Below, one piece after another: positions 1 to 11,313 of a stretch of DNA of 64,000 nt; the first letter of the stretch is position 1; each line of letters opens with the position of its first letter. The notes beneath the pieces are model-generated. The model saw only the letters and a program-made list of their open reading frames with translations, was not told the DNA's origin and did not search any database. The position numbers were made by a program, and so were the translations under genes. The DNA is taken from positions 19,530,001-19,594,000 of the forward strand of contig NW_024704747.1 of assembly GCF_018977255.1 (NCBI RefSeq), in the 5' to 3' direction. Source of the stretch: Callorhinchus milii (lineage: Eukaryota).

Positions 1-731
1 GTTGTTGTTTACTCGAGAAGTGGTGGCCCGATTTTTCTGAACCTGTTGTCTGCTTCTAAAAGCGAAAACTTTTAAAAACAGTACTGCACTGCTAGGAAAA
101 GTAGAAAAAAAAAGTGACAGCAAGAGGAATATTCACATTGCATATACAAATCATTGAAATTACAGCACAGAAAGAGGCCATTCGGCCCATTGAGCATCAA
201 GCTGCTTTACCTGAGCTGTATGCTCCAACCCCAATTCCCTGCTCATTCCACATTTCCTTAGATATTCTTATTCTTCAAACATTTATCCAATTCCCTTTTA
301 ACTGTTATTGCCTTACTTTCAACAAATACCTCTAACGAAACGTTCCTGGTTTTCTTAACACTGCGTGAAAATATTCCTTTTAACCTCCCTCTTAACTCTT
401 CCAATAATAATCCAGTAATAACCCGTAATAATCTATGTCTATATATTTTTCCAGTTAAGCACCCAGTGGAAACAATCTTTCAATATTTATCATCTCAAAC
501 CATTTCTGGATTGTAAAATTTTCCAGTAGACATGTTCGCTAAAAGCACTAAAGTACGTAGTAATTTAAGCTTTCGACCTAATAATGGTAATAATAATAAC
601 TTTAAAGTTATCCCCGAAACTGCATGACTTTAAAGCAACTGTTTATTACGAAAAATGTCTAAAAAATCAGAAATGTACTGAATAGCGTTAAAAAACAGCA
701 ACAGTGCACATCGTTAGGTTTGAAAACTCAC

Positions 732-1074
732 GTATCTGTGTGTGCGGCATGATCCAATGCTGTCATTGAAGCCCATCCAGCGCTGGTAGTCAGGATACTC
801 TCCCCTGGTTAGAACGTACTGGTATCCCATGTAACTGGGTTTCTCATAGATGACCCAACAGCCACTGTCAACGCGGATGGAGTTACAGCGGCTGAAGTAA
901 GACTGCAGGTCGGCACAGTCAGCACTGCACTCATAGCGTCGACCCTGGAAGTTCCTGTCCTCGTAAAAGATGATCTGAAAATAAAAGTTATTTTACCAAG
1001 TTAAAAATAAAGCCAAATTGAAAAATAATTACAAAAGAGACTAAGCAAATTAAATGTCAGGTTACCTTTCCCAT
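732..1074 (-). CDS. gamma-crystallin gene 1 (partial: exon 1 and exon 2; exon 3 presumably left of the window)
   Basis: Exon 1 1074-1066 ATGGGAAAG|gtaac. Exon 2 974-732 (243 nt, ag/gtgag) translates [81 protein letters not shown], two Greek-key motifs. No exon 3 found in 1-731. Confidence 0.93.
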
Positions 1075-1128
1075 TCTGATACTAAGGAGATGGCTTCACT
1101 AAATACACCATGAGTTTGAGATTGGTGC

Positions 1129-1184
1129 TTTTTATATATCCCTAAAACCTCTACAGTGGTGATAACGTTTGTTATTTTAATGAC
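1129..1184 (-). promoter_or_regulatory. gene 1 core promoter: TATA box plus shared TCATTAAAATAACAAA motif
   Basis: TATATAAAAA at ~1129-1139; tttgttattttaatgac at 1168-1184, a motif recurring upstream of six other paralogs. Confidence 0.7.
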
Positions 1185-1535
1185 CCAACAAATAGCTCTA
1201 GTGCTTTTGCTATGAGCTTTGTAGAGATCATCTGACTAAAGGTTTTCAATCTGCTGGTTCTTTCTGTATCTTTCTTGTTTGTAATGTACCCAGTGTTTTT
1301 TAGTACGCAAAATGACACAACAGTAAATCCAAATAGTTACCAGTATAAAATATCATAAAGTCATTTTAGATGACTCAAGTTTTACATTGGAGTGACTGAG
1401 CCCGTAAACCTGTAGTTTCAACTATGATCAAAAAATCCCCTCTGATAAAATTGGTCATTCACCTCATCACTGTTTGTGGGACATTGATGTGTGCAAATTG
1501 GTGGCGACATTTCGCTACAAAATACACACAGTGAC

Positions 1536-1660
1536 AGAATCCTAGAATCCTAGAAATTTACCCCACTGGAGGAAGTCATTCCACCCATCGGGTCTGCATT
1601 GGCTCTCGGACCAAGGTTCATTCAATCCCACCGCCATGCCTTATCTGCATATCCCTTCAA
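1536..1660 (-). mobile_element. CR1-like LINE 3' end remnant
   Basis: agaatcctagaatcctagaa tail-type repeat followed by ggaagtcattccacccatcg, similar to the CR1 3' ends at 22255 and 34500. Confidence 0.5.
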
Positions 1661-3319
1661 GCCCTAGACATTGTCCCAACATAAAAAGCGCTATATAAAT
1701 GCAAGTTGTTGTTTTCTTGAGGATGAGATTGAGCTGTTGCAGAACATGAGCGAGAATCTGAAAATTGTCGTCAACGTAGAATTGTTCCAACTCTGAACAA
1801 ACAGAAAGATGTTGACAATACTTGAGGTTGTTACGGTGTGGGAAGATCATAATTATTTCTTTATAAATTTTGTATTGATCAAGAGAATCCAGTGTGAGGG
1901 AAAGAGTAGAACCAGTCACACTTCAACCTGCTTAATCTTATATTGCAGGAACGCATGATGAAAGTTATACTGACCTTTTTTTTGGTCCTTATAAGTGAGT
2001 TGTCTTATTAATGAGTTTGGAATTGGGTCATCAATTGGGTTAATAATCTGCTTCTGCATCTACATTGATCGTTCCTCTTGCCGTTTTCAGAAGGACACAA
2101 GCAAGATTGGTTCGGATGGAGAAGGCCCGTCAGCTCATCTGAGCACATCCTTTCAGAATACCCACCCTATTGTCTTCTCATCACAGCATCAAGATGCTTT
2201 TTACATGAGTTCTATGCCCTGGCCTCAACCACCTTTCCTGGCAATCTGATCCAGTTGTTGACTCAATGATAATTTTAGGCTTGGGGAGAGCTTAGTTGGG
2301 CAAGCAGTGAGAACCTTCCCAGTGGTGGTGGTGAGAAAAGGATTTAATAAATTAAACTCCAGCCTTACCTCAATGCACACTATGGAGTCCAGTGCCTTGG
2401 GATGTCCTCCCGACATGAAAGGCGCTCTATAAATGCAATCTTGTTGTTGTTGTTGTTGTTCCTTAAGCTTTGGCTTTTGTTCAACCTGAAGTTAAACTCA
2501 AGCAGGGTAATTTATTTTGGGAGAGAGTCCATCCCAGACCAATGGAAACCATATACTGTATATGCATAAATGTGAAGAGGATCTGTTGCATAGCAATGTA
2601 CAGAATAAAGTACATTATATGAGTCCAGCTTCACCCACCCTTCCTTACAACTTGTTATATCATTAATCACCCTGGGTAAAGAAAGAAATCCTGGTATCTG
2701 TCTTGAAAATGCCCTCTGCAACTCTAAACCTTGTTCTACTGGTTTAGTGCATCCTAAATTATTGTTCTAGGTTTAATTTTTCTACTTCATTTCAAATTTT
2801 ACGCACCTTTATAAGGTCCCCTCTTACATGGTGTTTCAATACTGAAGAGCCCTACCTTATCTGATTTTGCCATTTTTCTTAATGAAATGAAGATTGAAGA
2901 TTTTGTAAAATATGGGTTGACGTCTTTGTGCAGATTATCTGTGGAATAACACACTTTCATCTCCTTCAAAGATGGCAGAGTATTAATTGAAAGAGTATTG
3001 ATTGATTGAGCAAATTGACTGCCGTATTTGGCTTAACATAAGAAATCACAACATTTTACAGTATATCTTGTGCCCTGCTTTCAGACATTATCCTGATGAG
3101 AAAGGCACAATATCAAATACAAAGATTGTTATTATTTAAAACCAGCAGACAGTCCCATGTCCCAATATAAACGTAAATCAATAAAATATTAAATAGCTCA
3201 AAAAGAGTTCAAATAATTAACCTTTTTTTACTTTGATACTTTTGATACTTTTTTTATGCATATTAGGTTTGTCGTATCTCTTTGCAAATCCTTCACTTTT
3301 ACTGATTCACGTTTATATT

Positions 3320-3510
3320 GAGACATGGAACTTTACTGCCAAGTAAAGTGATAGAAGCAGAGTCCATTGTGGGTTTCAAGAGGGAAATAAAAAGATACAT
3401 GACAGATGAAGGCTCAAAGGAGTATGGGGATAGGAAGGGACAGCTTGTTCTGAGACTTGATGGACCAAATAGCCTTGTTACACGCTGTACATTTTATGAT
3501 TCTATATTAT
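3320..3510 (+). mobile_element. CR1 LINE 3' fragment
   Basis: Translates LPSKVIEAESIVGFKREIKRYM...KEYGDR, like the CR1 ORF2 C-terminus, and ends in tttatgattctat. Confidence 0.7.
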
Positions 3511-3615
3511 TTAGTAAGAGAAAGAGAAAGTAACACAGATTTATATTTTCAAAGCAGTTTATTGGCAATCATTTTTGATCCATAGACTTCACAGGAGAAA
3601 GATGCCTGAAGTTGC

Positions 3616-4816
3616 TTAGAGATTATCCATGACACGACGGAAGGAGCCCACACTGGGTACAATTGCTCCCCAGTCGCTGAATCGCCTGTACTCTCCGGGT
3701 CTCATGAAGTACTGGCGGCCTCTGTAGTTGGGCTGATCATACATGGTCCAGTAGCCATCCATCACATTGCAGGAGTGGATGTCACGGTAGCGGAAACGGT
3801 CATAGACGGATGGACAGTCATCCATGAATTCCATCATCTGTCCTCCAAAGTCAGGTCTCTCGTACACCCTCATCTTATGGGAGCTATCTCTGGGCTGTAA
3901 TTTGGCAGGACATCAATCAGTAAGGAGAAATGGGTGAGGAGCAAAATTGAGACAAATACATTCTTACACATCATAAATTCATGCATTCAACACTTGACAA
4001 TTGAAAATCATATTTGTGAGTAGATTCTTATGCATGACATTAGGGGCCAAAAACAGCAGGAGCAATGTGAGGTGAGATAGAAAATGCTCATTCAAAATTC
4101 CATGCTGTTACCCTTCGCACAGTCTGTCTGCAATGAAGAGATGAAAGTGTCTGAACTGAGCTGTTTCTAAACACAAGCCTTTTAATAGCACAGCTGCACT
4201 TGCAGCAAACATCAACAAGATCCTGGCATGTGAGGGTACAAGCAATCATTCAGTCAATTGAACTGGCATCCAGGTCGATTTACTGAATGTTTCCTTGAGC
4301 CCCATATATCAGGTTTTCTATTTCGGAATTGGTTTATGGCAATAGTTATAAATAGCAACAAAGAATCGCGCAAACATATATCTCTTCAGTCTACCTAACA
4401 CTACTGGGACAAGTGTTAAACATTAACAGGAAAGCAGGCAATGACTATTTGGTATGAGAACTTACATATCTGTACACGCGGCATGATCTGATGCTGTCAT
4501 TATATCCCATCCAGCGCTGGTAGTCAGGATACTCTCCCTTGGTCAGAACATACTGGTATCCCTTGTAACTGGGTTTCTCATAGATAACCCAGCAGTCACT
4601 GTCAACGCGGATGGAGTTACAACGGCTGAAGTAAGACTGCAGGTCGGCACAGTCAGAGCTGCACTCATAGTGCCGTCCCTGGAAGTTCCTGTCCTCATAA
4701 AAGATGATCTGAAAGAAACAGGTGCTTATTTAGAAAAAAAATGAAAGCCACAAAATGAATGAATATGACGCATCTGTAAAACTGTCTAAGTTTAACAGTA
4801 AGGTTACCTTGCCCAT
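3616..4816 (-). CDS. gamma-crystallin gene 2 (complete, 176 aa)
   Basis: Exons 4816-4808 (ATGGGCAAG|gtaac), 4708-4466 and 3894-3616 ([23 protein letters not shown]...[10 protein letters not shown]). GT-AG phase-0 introns. AATAAA at 3563-3558. Confidence 0.95.
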
Positions 4817-4865
4817 TTTGTACATCAGTGAGTATACTCTGATGGCTGATACTCTGATTGATGGC

Positions 4866-4923
4866 TTTTTATATCTATCATTGAAACCACTGCAGCAATG
4901 ATACCTTTTGTTATTTTAATGAC
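4866..4923 (-). promoter_or_regulatory. gene 2 core promoter
   Basis: TATAAAAA at ~4866-4873; tttgttattttaatgac at 4907-4923. Upstream region aligns by eye with the gene 1 promoter (atctgactaaagg...ctgctggt). Confidence 0.7.
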
Positions 4924-6825
4924 CAAAATAAAAAGCTCTGTTTCATTCTCCTGCAACTTTTGTTAAAACAATCTGACTAAAGGATTTTAAACTGCTGGTC
5001 GTTTCTGTTGCTATGTTTGCAACAGGCACCGTGACAGCCGTTTGCAGTGTAAGAGAGCAACTAAATCATACAAGCTGCTGAAAATATAATCAAATTTGAA
5101 TCTCTTGCACACACAGATACAAGTGGATTTAAGGGTGCAAGAGAACAACATTTGCTCTAGATGTTACAGACCCTCTCACCAAGTGTTTGGCAAGATCTGA
5201 TTCTTATTAGACCACATCCAACGTCTGTTTGACAAATTTAGTGTCTTTATCTCATATTTTGTTCTGACATTTCGCAAGGTGTTTCATTCTTCAACTCCAA
5301 TAGTAGTCTGCCACTTAAAGTGTCTATTGTCATTTCTTAAGCTACTTTGTATTCCTTCAGAGAATCTGTGCATTTGATGTAGCACCAAGAACAACTCAAG
5401 GTGCGTCACACAGTTTCTTTACAGTGCAGTGACTGTACCAGTAGGCAAATGCAGCAGCCAATTTGCTCACAGCGTGTCTCACAAACAGCCACAAAGTGAA
5501 TAAACATTTTTTTATCTGGAGGACTGATAGGCAGGACAAAGGGAGAGACTTGCCTCTCTTTTCATATAGTGCCATGAGATATTTAACATGTGCCTGTATT
5601 AATCTCTAACAATGCAGTCCCAGCACATCTATTGTTTGTCATTTTTATCCTTTTGGGTCATTGGTGACCAAATGTATCTGATTGTATTACCTTTGTTCAA
5701 GTGAAGGTCCAAGAGAGTATCAATGCAGAGTTTTCCCTAAGAAGGTTTAACAGGTGGAGATGGAATCTATGATTGCATACATCTCAAAGTGCTTCACAAG
5801 ATTTGTTGTAAAATGACAGTATATTTTGTACGCAAATACAATAGCTAATTTGGCATACAGCAATGTCCATGAAATTAAAGGACCAATTTTATCTGGGGGA
5901 TTGTTGACCAGGAGCTTGGGAGAAATCCGTTCCTCTTTTTGAATAGTGCCATAGTGCCATTGTGTCTATACTGTCCACCTGAACAGGTAGATGGGAACCT
6001 TGGTTTAACATCCACAGGACTTTGCCTCCGGCAATGTTGATCTCCCCCCAGCACTGGATTAAACTGTCAATCTAGACTGTGACTTCAAAGTTCCTAGTGT
6101 GGGAGCTTGAACCCAGATCTGACTCAGAGGCAAGAGTACTCCCTTCCAAGCCAGGCTGACACCGGTTTCACATTTCCTAACAATAAATTGCATTATACTT
6201 TGTTTTGAATCAACTAGAAGTGATATTGATTCTACCTGCTTCCTCAGTAACTTGTAAAAAGGTATTTCAAATCTGTTGTCATTGAAAGCATCTGGGCTAT
6301 ACTTTAATGTTAGCAACTTCGGCAGATCTGGTAGCCATACTAATAGCATTTGCTTCACAAAAAGCTTGAGTACATTGTGTATCGTGTGAATGTATTTGTA
6401 TTTGTTCGAACTTGTCTCCAAATAGGATTTGCAGTGAAGTGATTTGCACACAGGAGGCACAGGAGAACTGAATAGAAATAAATACTGTTTGAAATGTAGG
6501 CTGAAATCTCAGAGAATGCAAGGTGGGAGGAGGAGGTGAGCTTAATATTATTCATGAGTGGAATTTTAAGACCTAGAATCTGCTTTGATGGAGCTCAGTG
6601 CACTCAATAAAGACCAGGAGCAGAGTGAATCTGGAACTATCTGGTCGATCACTCTGTCAACTGGTTAGCTACCGGTCAAGTAGCTACTTAGTTAACTATT
6701 GGTCAAGTAGCTAACTGTGTTATTCATACAGAGTTGTGATTTTTACCATTTTCAGGGTTTTTTATATATTGTGAAAGAAGGTAAAGGACGTGCTTGCCAG
6801 GATTCATTTGATCTGTGAGATCTGT

Positions 6826-7144
6826 GGAGTTCTGTAGCTCAGTGGTTAGAGCACTCGCTTTGCAAGCGAGAGACATGGGTTCGATTCCCAGCAGAGCGAA
6901 ACCTTGGGCAAGTTTCCTTACTCCACACACCTGATAATAATCCCTCAACAAGAAAAACAGTAATAAATTGGTCACTTCAATCCACGGCTGTTTGTGGGAC
7001 CCTGCTGTGCACAATTGGCTGCCGCAATCCGCCAACAAATATACAGTCAATTCACTTTGCAGTATATTCTGTGAGGCACATTGAGATGTCTAGAAGATGT
7101 GAAAAGCGCTATATCAAATGCAAGGATTATTATTATATTATTAT
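6826..7144 (+). mobile_element. tRNA-derived SINE (Deu-type core, L2-like tail), short variant
   Basis: Head gtagctcagtggttagagc...gggttcgattccc (A/B boxes), core ctgtttgtgggaccctgctgtgcacaattggctgccgc, tail gcgctatatcaaatgcaagg(att)n. Many copies in the window. Confidence 0.85.
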
Positions 7145-8016
7145 GTTCAGTGCGAGGAGACTGAACTGTTCATAAGGAAGACGAACAGTGAACAGTGAAA
7201 CCTCCTTCAATTCGTCTGCTGTGGATCATTGGTTTATTCCGCAAAGTTCACCCACAAAATTCACTTGCCCCAATAACATTTGAAGAATTAGAAAGAGTTA
7301 AAAACTTCTGACTAGAAAGATCCAAATACAGTTTCTTGTTCCGGTCTGTACTTAGTGGACTGATCTCCACCATCGCAGGTTCTTGGTGCTAAAATCCCGC
7401 TCCTGAATACTATTAAGCTCACCCCTTCTGCCCCCTCCTTGCCGCTGGAGGATGTACATACCACATTGAAAAATTAAGAGTTACAGAATTGTTAGAACTT
7501 CTGTTTTTTGTAAAGTTTACTTGTGAATTCAGAAGCATGTTATGACTGTGAAGATTGCTTTAATTGCATCTTATGACTTACATGTTACACAAAGGTGGAA
7601 ATGTTGACTCCTTCAAACACAGATTAGATAGTTTTCTTTTAGGAAATAACCTTATGGGATATAGAACATAGGTAGTTTGGGACATATGTGCATGCGACCG
7701 CCAGGAAGGTGTAAGGTGTAAGGTGAACTAGATGGTCTTTTTCTCATCCAGCATTTCTTATGTGCTTATGTCATATTCGTAAGTGCTTATTTCAGAATTC
7801 AAACACCTTTGCTGGCTGAAAGGTCAAGGCATTTTAAGCCGACCCTTCTGTTTTTTTATGAATAATCGCAGGTGGGAGCAAGTAAAATCCATGTTGTAGG
7901 GCATTTCTAAACTGCATGGACACCAACGGATTAAAAAAGTGAGGAGTGTAAAATGCATTGATAAGTTTCAAGCTTTTATTAGGTTGGTGTTATGAGGAAA
8001 AAAGCGATTTGGAATT

Positions 8017-9896
8017 TTAAAAGTCCTTCATACGCCTCATGGAGCCAACAATGGGGCAGCTTGCTCCCCAATCGCTGAATCGCCTGTACTGTCCAGGCCT
8101 CAGGAAGTACTGTCTTCCCATGTAGTTAGGATGTTCATAGAAGGTCCAGTAGCCATTCATCACATTGCAGGAGTGGATGTTACGGTAGTGGAACTGATCA
8201 TACATGGAAGGGCAGTTATCCATGAATTCCATCATCTGTCCTCCGAAGTTAGGTCTCTCGTACACTCTCATCCTATAGGAATCACCTTGGAACTGTAATA
8301 AACACAGAAAATGAACACAGAATAAGTATGCATGGATACAGTTAATTTGGCAAAAATTTGCTTTTATATAGTACCCTTCACCTAGAGTGAAGTTTTGGGG
8401 CATTTTACAGAGACGATGCCGGGTAACGATGAGATTTTTTTGGTACGCCGAATGTTTGACTCATCACCGTGCTTTAGAGTATCCAAACCCAACTGAGAGT
8501 TCCAGGCATCCAAACTATACATGGAAATTCCAAAGATGTTGTTGACTGGAACGCGCACTTTCCCTGGAGCAACACATCCCACAAGGCTTGCCATTAAGAG
8601 CACTGCCTGGGAAGCTTTCCCGCTGCTTATCCAACTAGAACCATCCTACACGGAGGGCTTTGGCTTGCAGGTTAATGAGTACTGAATGGGAAGAGTTCCT
8701 GCCCTCAATCTGATCTGCCCTTGCAAGCTGATGAGCCAGGTTGGCTGGGCAGTGTCCTGGATTACTGCGGATCCAGCTGACACAGGAACTGGATCACTGA
8801 GACCATTACCGAGAGTGGGCTCGATTCTGACAATCCGTTGTCAAACATGTCACCATGGAAGGGGTTTGCCTCCAAGGAAAGCCCACTTACCTCCCCCGCC
8901 CCCCCAAGAAGGATAGTCACTACTTGGTTATTTGACATCCAACAAACACGGGTTTCAGCCGTCCTGCGAGCTTTCTGGTGGGCAACACAACTTAGCATGA
9001 AAAAGTTAGTGGGACCGAGGAGGATAGCTTCCATTTTGTCTCTATTCAGATGAACAAGGTTGAAGCTCGTCCAAGATTTGATGCTGGACAAGCAGGCAGT
9101 CAGAACATCAGTGGATCTAGAATCAAGGGTAAATATGGAGAAGTTGAATTGGGTGACATCCGCATACATGTGGAAAGGAACCCAATATTTGCGGATGATG
9201 TTGCCGAAGTGGGAGCATGTAGGCGCGGAACAGAAGTAGACTGAAGATTTATACAGAAACAAGCTACTAGCATAAGCAAAACAAGAGACCAGTGAGAAAC
9301 AATCAACTATATTTAAGCAAGTAACTTATTTCGTTCGCTTTGAAAAATGTTTACTCCACGCTGCTGCACTAACTCAGGGAGATAACTTAAGCAGAAAAAT
9401 CCTTGTGATTAACAGTCATCCCTACGTACGATTCAGAACTAATTCATTTTGATGCATTTAAGTATTACATTTCTAAATTTAGTTGACGATGCAACTATCC
9501 ACAGTGAAGTGTCAGTAAAAGTGACAGAGCAGCATGTACTAATGAGAACTTACACCTCCATGCATGCGACATGAACCGATGAAACTATTTGAGCCCATCC
9601 AGTGATGGTAGTCAGGATACTCTCCCTTGGTCAGAACATACTGATATCCCATGTAATTGGGTCTCTCATACAGCACCCAGCAGCCGCTTTGGACGCGGAT
9701 GGAGTTACAATGGCGAAAGTACGAGTGGAGATTTGGGCAGTCGAAGCTACACTCATAGTGACGTCCCAGGAAATTTCTCTCCTCGTAAAAGGCAATCTGA
9801 AAGAGAGAGATTTTAAATAGAGCAAAAGAAGCACCATTGAGGGAATTGAGGAATTTTAGCCCCAAAATATCTAAAATTGAAGCTTACTGTTCCCAT
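8017..9896 (-). CDS. gamma-crystallin gene 3 (complete, divergent, 175 aa)
   Basis: Exons 9896-9888 (ATGGGAACA|gtaag, MGT), 9796-9554 ([16 protein letters not shown]...GSCRMHGG) and 8292-8017 ([18 protein letters not shown]...GSMRRMKDF*). AATAAA at 7980-7975. Confidence 0.93.
8935..9280 (-). mobile_element. L2 LINE reverse transcriptase fragment in intron 2 of gene 3
   Basis: Minus-strand ORF contains FHMYADVTQ (YADD-type RT motif) and [27 protein letters not shown]. Confidence 0.75.
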
Positions 9897-9958
9897 GTTT
9901 GAAGTGGATCTAAAGGTTGTGTCTCGTGGAACCTGTCATGATTTGCAGACTGTTGGCT

Positions 9959-10014
9959 CTATATATTTCCACGGAAACTTGCAGAGTAGTGACAACTTTT
10001 GTTATTTTAATGAC
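9959..10014 (-). promoter_or_regulatory. gene 3 core promoter
   Basis: TATATA at ~9960-9966; tttgttattttaatgac at 9998-10014. Confidence 0.65.
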
Positions 10015-10544
10015 TTGACAGGCTCAACATTGGTGGCACACAAATGGAACAATTACCTGTGGAACAAAACTTAAATGCAATTTACACTTTTGACAAAAGA
10101 CAACAGCACCTCCCAGAGGTTTTACCAACAAACAGCATGATCCTTCCAATGTAGAAGCATCCTATAGCTCAGCAGCAAATGCCTCACAGCGACAGTAAAC
10201 TGAATGCACAGCATTGTCACACAAAATTGATAGAAAAATCCATTATTTATTTCCTATCGTTGGCTCTTCCACATTTGTACAGAAGCAAATAAAGATTTCT
10301 TCTGTCCTGAATGTTTGGAAACAAATAATGGAAAGAAATGCTTGTTGTCTATTAGTGTATTTTTCATTTGTTGGAAAATATTGTGTGTCAAAGCCATCTA
10401 AACCTGATGTGGAAAAAGCTTATATTTAAACACTTACCTTTAAACACCATCTAAATGTATGACAATCTTCCTCATGTATTCTTTTCTCTTCCATGCTACC
10501 CAGAAGGCTTTAGAAGTAGTTTTGGAAAATAGATAGGTCATGGG

Positions 10545-10901
10545 AATAATAATAGTCATTGCATTTGATATAGCGCCTTATCATGTCATTGATATGACTC
10601 AAAGCACTTCACAGAATATACTGTAACGTGAACTGGCTGCATATTTTGTGGGCGAAACACGGCAGCTAATTGCACAAACAGTCGTGGATTGAGTGACCAA
10701 ATTATTATTATTTTTTTGGAGAGCTTATTACCCTCGGAAAGGGATCGACCAATCGACTCACAACTGGATTCCTACTTAATCTAGATAAACAGAGGCATGT
10801 GAAGAAAGGAAACTTACCAAAGGTTTCACTCTGCCCGGGAAACAAGCCCGGGTCCTCTCGCTTGCAAGGCGGGTGCTCAAAACAATATGCTTCAGGACTC
10901 C
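10545..10901 (-). mobile_element. tRNA-derived SINE, long variant (degenerate)
   Basis: Reverse complement of the SINE tail, core, internal insert and head. Confidence 0.75.
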
Positions 10902-10913
10902 ATGGGAAGTAAT

Positions 10914-11313
10914 CTGGCTCAGTTAGAAGCACTCATGCCTCTGAATCAGAGATTGTGGCTTTAAGTCCCACATCAGGACTTGGAACTCATACCATGTAGC
11001 TGACACTCCATTACAGTGCTGTGGTGTGCTGCTTTATTAGAGGTGCTGTCCTTCGAATGAGATCTTCCGTTTGTCTGTTCAGACACTTGAGATCTCATAG
11101 CACTATTTGAAAAGAGAAGAATGTTTCTCTTCATGTTGTGGCCAACAACAATCAATTAAAACTGATGATTCACTTTATGGCTATCCGTGGGACTTAGCTG
11201 TGCTTGGCTACCATGTTTTCCCACAGGCACACAAGGTGTTTCCTGTGAAGTGCTTTGAGACATCCTTCTGATGCGAAGGGCGCTATAGCAAATGTAAAGG
11301 TTATTATTATATT
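10914..11313 (+). mobile_element. older Deu-domain SINE (second family)
   Basis: Head ggctcagttagaagcactc...tgtggctttaagtcccac, body gctgacactcc...gaggtgctgtccttcgaatgag, Deu-like core and the same tail. Similar copy at 38075. Confidence 0.65.

Noticed and set aside
6650-6715. Short direct repeat ggtcaagtagcta x2 (6674, 6701)
   Set aside because: Only two 13-nt units; probably a decayed transposon fragment, with no support for a regulatory or array function.
6826-6900. tRNA-like sequences with A/B boxes (also 19343, 22383, 35663, 43100, 60177 and others)
   Set aside because: They are SINE heads: each continues into the same core and L2-like tail and lacks a tRNA 3' acceptor stem and terminator.
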